A stretch of 64,000 nucleotides of DNA from the NCBI RefSeq assembly GCF_009914755.1, contig NC_060925.1; one strand, 5' to 3'. Source of the stretch: the human T2T-CHM13v2.0 reference genome, Homo sapiens. Position 1 is the stretch's first letter, and each line of letters starts with the position of its first letter. This document shows positions 57,101 to 64,000 of this stretch, piece after piece. The position numbers and the translations under genes were made by a program. The notes under the pieces were generated by a model. It was not told the DNA's origin. It saw only the letters and a program-made list of their open reading frames with translations, and made no database searches.

Positions 57101-60100
57101 GGACCCGAATGGAATCATCTAATGGAATGGAATGGAATAATCCATGGACTCGAATGCAATCATCATCGAATGGAATCGAATGGAATCATCGAATGGACTC
57201 GAATGGAATAATCATTGAACGGAATCGAATGGAATCATCATCGGATGGAAATGAATGGAATCATCATCGAATGGAATCGAATAGAATTATGGAATGAAAT
57301 CCAGTGTGATCATCATCGAATGGACCCGAATGGAATCATCATCCAACGGAAGCTAATGGAATCAACATCGAATGAATCGAATGGAAACACCATCGAATTG
57401 AAACGAATGGAATTATCATGAAATTGAAATGGATGGACTCATCATCGAATGGATTCGAATGGAATCATCGAATAAAATTGATTGAAATCATCATCGAATG
57501 GAATCGAATGGTATAATTGAATGGAATCGAATGGAATCATCATCAGATGGAAATGAATGGAATCGTCATAGAATGGAATCGAATGGATTCATTGAATGGA
57601 ATCAGATGGAATCATCGAATGGACTGGAATGGAATCATTGAATGGACTCGAAAGGGATCATTATTGAATGGAATTGAATGGAATCATCGAATGGTCTCGA
57701 TTGGAATCATTATCAAATGGAATGGAATGGAATCACCGAATAGAATCGAATGGAACAATCATCGAATGGACTCAAATGGAATTATCCTCCAATGGAATCG
57801 AATGGAATTATCGAATGCAATCGAATGGAATTATCGAATGCAATCGAATAGAATCATCGAATGGACTCGAATGGAATCATCGAATGGAATGGAATGGAAC
57901 AGTCAATGAACTCGAATGGAATCATCATTGAATGGAATCGAATGGAATCATCGAGTGGAATCGAATGGAATTATGATCAAATGGAATCGAATGTAATCCT
58001 CATCAAATGGAATCAAAAATAACCATCATCAATTGGTATTGAATGGAATTGTCATCAAATGGAATTCAAAGGAATCATCATCAAATGGAACCGAATGGAA
58101 TCCTCATTGAATGGAAATGAAAGGGGTCATCATCTAATGGAATCGCATGGAATCATCATCAAATGGAATCGAATGGAATCATCATCAAATGGAATCTAAT
58201 GGAATCATTGAACAGAATTGAATGGAATCGTCATCGAATGAATTGAATGCAATCATCGAATGGTCTCGAATGGAATCATCTTCTAATGGAAAGGAATGGA
58301 ATCATCGCATAGAATCGAATGGAATTATCATCGAATGGAATCGAATGGTATCAACACCAAACGGAAAAAAACGGAATTATCGAATGGAATCGAAGAGAAT
58401 CTTCGAACGGACCCGAATGGAATCATCTAATGGAATGGAATGGAATAATCCATGGACTCGAATGCAATCATCATCGAATGGAATGGAATGGAATCATCGA
58501 ATGGACTCGAATGGAATAATCATTGAACGGAATCGAATGGAATCATCATCGGATGGAAACGAATGGAATCATCATCGAATGGAAATGAAAGGAGTCATCA
58601 TCTAATGGAATTGCATGGAATCATCATAAAATGGAATCGAATGGAATCAACATCAAATGGAATCAAATGGAATCATTGAACGGAATTGAATGGAATCGTC
58701 ATCGAATGAATTGACTGCAATCATCGAATGGTCTCGAATGGAATCATCTTCAAATGGAATGGAATGGAATCATCGCATAGAATCGAATGGAATTATCATC
58801 GAATGGAATCGAATGGAATCAACATCAAACGGAAAAAAACGGAATTATCGAATGGAATCGAAGAGAATCATCGAATGGACCCGAATGGAATCATCTAATG
58901 GAATGGAATGGAATAATCCATGGACTCGAATGCAATCATCATCGAATGGAATCGAATGGAATCATCGAATGGACTCGAATGGAATAATCATTGAACGGAA
59001 TCGAATGGAATCATCATCGGATGGAAATGAATGGAATCATCATCGAATGGAATCGAATAGAATTATGGAATGAAATCCAGTGTGATCATCATCGAATGGA
59101 CCCGAATGGAATCATCATCCAACGGAAGCTAATGGAATCAACATCGAATGAATCGAATGGAAACACCATCGAATTGAAACGAATGGAATTATCATGAAAT
59201 TGAAATGGATGGACTCATCATCGAATGGATTCGAATGGAATCATCGAATAAAATTGATTGAAATCATCATCGAATGGAATCGAATGGTATCATTGAATGG
59301 AATCGAATGGAATCATCATCAGATGGGAATGAATGGAATCGTCATAGAATGGAATCGAATGGATTCATTGAATGGAATCAGATGGAATCATCGAATGGAC
59401 TGGAATGGAATCATTGAATGGACTCGAAAGGGATCATGATTGAATGGAATTGAATGGAATCATCGAATGGTCTCGATTGGAATCATTATCAAATGGAATC
59501 GAATGGAATCACCGAATAGAATCGAATGGAACAATCATCGAATGGACTCAAATGGAATTATCCTCCAATGGAATCGAATGGAATTATCGAATGCAATCGA
59601 ATGGAATTATCGAATGCAATCGAATAGAATCATCGAATGGACTCGAATGGAATCATCGAATGGAATGGAATGGAACAGTCAATGAACTCGAATGGAATCA
59701 TCATTGAATGGAATCGAATGGAATCATCGAGTGGAATCGAATGGAATTATGATCAAATGGAATCGAATGTAATCCTCATCAAATGGAATCAAAAATAACC
59801 ATCATCAATTGGTATTGAATGGAATTGTCATCAAATGGAATTCAAAGGAATCATCATCAAATGGAACCGAATGGAATCCTCATTGAATGGAAATGAAAGG
59901 GGTCATCATCTAATGGAATCGCATGGAATCATCATCAAATGGAATCGAATGGAATCATCATCAAATGGAATCTAATGGAATCATTGAACAGAATTGAATG
60001 GAATCGTCATCGAATGAATTGAATGCAATCATCGAATGGTCTCGAATGGAATCATCTTCTAATGGAAAGGAATGGAATCATCGCATAGAATCGAATGGAA

Positions 60101-63100
60101 TTATCATCGAATGGAATCGAATGGTATCAACACCAAACGGAAAAAAACGGAATTATCGAATGGAATCGAAGAGAATCTTCGAACGGACCCGAATGGAATC
60201 ATCTAATGGAATGGAATGGAATAATCCATGGACTCGAATGCAATCATCATCGAATGGAATGGAATGGAATCATCGAATGGACTCGAATGGAATAATCATT
60301 GAACGGAATCGAATGGAATCATCATCGGATGGAAACGAATGGAATCATCATCGAATGGAAATGAAAGGAGTCATCATCTAATGGAATTGCATGGAATCAT
60401 CATAAAATGGAATCGAATGGAATCAACATCAAATGGAATCAAATGGAATCATTGAACGGAATTGAATGGAATCGTCATCGAATGAATTGACTGCAATCAT
60501 CGAATGGTCTCGAATGGAATCATCTTCAAATGGAATGGAATGGAATCATCGCATAGAATCGAATGGAATTATCATCGAATGGAATCGAATGGAATCAACA
60601 TCAAACGGAAAAAAACGGAATTATCGAATGGAATCGAAGAGAATCATCGAATGGACCCGAATGGAATCATCTAATGGAATGGAATGGAATAATCCATGGA
60701 CTCGAATGCAATCATCATCGAATGGAATCGAATGGAATCATCGAATGGACTCGAATGGAATAATCATTGAACGGAATCGAATGGAATCATCATTGGATGG
60801 AAATGAATGGAATCATCATCGAATGGAAACGAATAGAATTATGGAATGAAATCCAGTGTGATCATCATCGAATGGACCCGAATGGAATCATCATCCAACG
60901 GAAGCTAATGGAATCAACATCGAATGAATCGAATGGAAACACCATCGAATTGAAACGAATGGAATTATCATGAAATTGAAATGGATGGACTCATCATCGA
61001 ATGGATTCGAATGGAATCATCGAATAAAATTGATTGAAATCATCATCGAATGGAATCGAATGGTATCATTGAATGGAATCGAATGGAATCATCATCAGAT
61101 GGGAATGAATGGAATCGTCATAGAATGGAATCGAATGGATTCATTGAATGGAATCAGATGGAATCATCGAATGGACTGGAATGGAATCATTGAATGGACT
61201 CGAAAGGGATCATTATTGAATGGAATTGAATGGAATCATCGAATGGTTTCGATTGGAATCATTATCAAATGGAATCGAATGGAATCACCGAATAGAATCG
61301 AATGGAACAATCATCGAATGGACTCAAATGGAATTATCCTCCAATGGAATCGAATGGAATTATCGAATGCAATCGAATGGAATTATCGAATGCAATCGAA
61401 TAGAATCATCGAATGGACTCGAATGGAATCATCGAATGGAATGGAATGGAACAGTCAATGAACTCGAATGGAATCATCATTGAATGGAATCGAATGGAAT
61501 CATCGAGTGGAATCGAATGGAATTATGATCAAATGGAATCGAATGTAATCCTCATCAAATGGAATCAAAAATAACCATCATCAATTGGTATTGAATGGAA
61601 TTGTCATCAAATGGAATTCAAAGGAATCATCATCAAATGGAACCGAATGGAATCCTCATTGAATGGAAATGAAAGGGGTCATCATCTAATGGAATCGCAT
61701 GGAATCATCATCAAATGGAATCGAATGGAATCATCATCAAATGGAATCTAATGGAATCATTGAACAGAATTGAATGGAATCGTCATCGAATGAATTGAAT
61801 GCAATCATCGAATGGTCTCGAATGGAATCATCTTCTAATGGAAAGGAATGGAATCATCGCATAGAATCGAATGGAATTATCATCGAATGGAATCGAATGG
61901 TATCAACACCAAACGGAAAAAAACGGAATTATCGAATGGAATCGAAGAGAATCTTCGAACGGACCCGAATGGAATCATCTAATGGAATGGAATGGAATAA
62001 TCCATGGACTCGAATGCAATCATCATCGAATGGAATGGAATGGAATCATCGAATGGACTCGAATGGAATAATCATTGAACGGAATCGAATGGAATCATCA
62101 TCGGATGGAAACGAATGGAATCATCATCGAATGGAAATGAAAGGAGTCATCATCTAATGGAATTGCATGGAATCATCATCAAATGGAATCGAATGGAATC
62201 AACATCAAATGGAATCAAATGGAATCATTGAACGGAATTGAATGGAATCGTCATCGAATGAATTGACTGCAATCATCGAATGGTCTCGAATGGAATCATC
62301 TTCAAATGGAATGGAATGGAATCATCGCATAGAATCGAATGGAATTATCATCGAATGGAATCGAATGGAATCAACATCAAACGGAAAAAAACGGAATTAT
62401 CGAATGGAATCGAAGAGAATCATCGAATGGACCCGAATGGAATCATCTAATGGAATGGAATGGAATAATCCATGGACTCGAATGCAATCATCATCGAATG
62501 GAATCGAATGGAATCATCGAATGGACTCGAATGGAATAATCATTGAACGGAATCGAATGGAATCATCATTGGATGGAAATGAATGGAATCATCATCGAAT
62601 GGAATCGAATAGAATTATGGAATGAAATCCAGTGTGATCATCATCGAATGGACCCGAATGGAATCATCATCCAACGGAAGCTAATGGAATCAACATCGAA
62701 TGAATCGAATGGAAACACCATCGAATTGAAACGAATGGAATTATCATGAAATTGAAATGGATGGACTCATCATCGAATGGATTCGAATGGAATCATCGAA
62801 TAAAATTGATTGAAATCATCATCGAATGGAATCGAATGGTATCATTGAATGGAATCGAATGGAATCATCATCAGATGGGAATGAATGGAATCGTCATAGA
62901 ATGGAATCGAATGGATTCATTGAATGGAATCAGATGGAATCATCGAATGGACTGGAATGGAATCATTGAATGGACTCGAAAGGGATCATTATTGAATGGA
63001 ATTGAATGGAATCATCGAATGGTCTCGATTGGAATCATTATCAAATGGAATCGAATGGAATCACCGAATAGAATCGAATGGAACAATCATCGAATGGACT

Positions 63101-64000
63101 CAAATGGAATTATCCTCCAATGGAATCGAATGGAATTATCGAATGCAATCGAATGGAATTATCGAATGCAATCGAATAGAATCATCGAATGGACTCGAAT
63201 GGAATCATCGAATGGAATGGAATGGAACAGTCAATGAACTCGAATGGAATCATCATTGAATGGAATCGAATGGAATCATCGAGTGGAATCGAATGGAATT
63301 ATGATCAAATGGAATCGAATGTAATCCTCATCAAATGGAATCAAAAATAACCATCATCAATTGGTATTGAATGGAATTGTCATCAAATGGAATTCAAAGG
63401 AATCATCATCAAATGGAACCGAATGGAATCCTCATTGAATGGAAATGAAAGGGGTCATCATCTAATGGAATCGCATGGAATCATCATCAAATGGAATCGA
63501 ATGGAATCATCATCAAATGGAATCTAATGGAATCATTGAACAGAATTGAATGGAATCGTCATCGAATGAATTGAATGCAATCATCGAATGGTCTCGAATG
63601 GAATCATCTTCTAATGGAAAGGAATGGAATCATCGCATAGAATCGAATGGAATTATCATCGAATGGAATCGAATGGTATCAACACCAAACGGAAAAAAAC
63701 GGAATTATCGAATGGAATCGAAGAGAATCTTCGAACGGACCCGAATGGAATCATCTAATGGAATGGAATGGAATAATCCATGGACTCGAATGCAATCATC
63801 ATCGAATGGAATGGAATGGAATCATCGAATGGACTCGAATGGAATAATCATTGAACGGAATCGAATGGAATCATCATCGGATGGAAACGAATGGAATCAT
63901 CATCGAATGGAAATGAAAGGAGTCATCATCTAATGGAATTGCATGGAATCATCATAAAATGGAATCGAATGGAATCAACATCAAATGGAATCAAATGGAA

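Larger units (their letters stand above)
1..64000 (+). repeat. Human satellite II (HSat2/HSATII) tandem array, A-rich (GAATG) strand on +
   Basis: The sequence consists entirely of motifs such as GAATGGAATCATCATCGAATGGAATC (reverse complement CATTCGATTCCATTCGATGATGATTC, the HSat2 signature), with dense TCGA (TaqI) and GANTC (HinfI) sites. No unique sequence was seen. Confidence 0.98.
132..64000 (+). repeat. 1,776-bp higher-order repeat, about 36 tandem copies; probably the chr1q12 HSat2 array (D1Z1/pUC1.77 type)
   Basis: Landmarks and ORF starts recur every 1,776 bp (1909, 3685, 5461 and so on). Exceptions are U1 1,777, U12 and U17 1,775, U26 1,753 and U29 1,750. A GAATTC site recurs once per unit (1281, 3057, ...), as expected for the classic 1.77-kb EcoRI fragment. 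The chromosome assignment is inferred from the period. Confidence 0.9.

Noticed and set aside
132-63933. Hundreds of 62-163 aa ORFs on the + strand (MESSSN..., NGIIEW..., WNHRME...)
   Set aside because: These are translations of the satellite. GAATGG supplies ATGs, the same low-complexity peptides appear in overlapping frames, and stops and frameshifts vary freely between units. There is no recognisable domain, and such peptides are known spurious database entries.
1-64000. CRISPR-like repeat/spacer array
   Set aside because: There are no unique spacers and no cas genes; everything between motifs is the same satellite.
1-64000. HSat3/DYZ1, alpha satellite or telomeric repeat
   Set aside because: Pure GGAAT runs are short, CATCATCGAATGGAATCGAATG dominates, and the period is 1,776 bp. 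No 171-bp monomers or TTAGGG repeats were seen.
1-64000. Transposon insertion or strand inversion hidden in the array
   Set aside because: Unit spacing is fully explained by 1,776 bp with +1, -1, -23 and -26 changes, and no CATTC-strand segment was seen.

Overview
The whole window is one uninterrupted, single-orientation array of human Satellite II (HSat2/HSATII). It is built from degenerate GAATG/GAATC pentamers, organised as 23/26-bp monomers, which are in turn organised into a 1,776-bp higher-order unit. About 36 copies are present, numbered U1-U36 by the recurrent 'MESSSNELTA' frame: 132, 1909, 3685, 5461, 7237, 9013, 10789, 12565, 14341, 16117, 17893, 19669, 21444, 23220, 24996, 26772, 28548, 30323, 32099, 33875, 35651, 37427, 39203, 40979, 42755, 44531, 46284, 48060, 49836, 51586, 53362, 55138, 56914, 58690, 60466, 62242. 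The 1.77-kb period, with one EcoRI site seen per unit, fits the chromosome 1q12 pericentromeric array (D1Z1/pUC1.77, HSat2A class); that assignment is inferred from established knowledge, not proven here. I see no genes, RNA genes, transposons, inversions or CRISPR, and all ORFs are by-products of the repeat. I found no evidence of a novel gene system. What the window does hold is a readable record of array evolution: a 468-bp internal duplication, a recent 8,879-bp (5-unit) tandem duplication with nested single-unit duplications, a template-switch-like insertion, exact monomer deletions, apparent conversion tracts and a switch in unit haplotype near 47 kb. Variants were read by eye, so lists and counts are not exhaustive.
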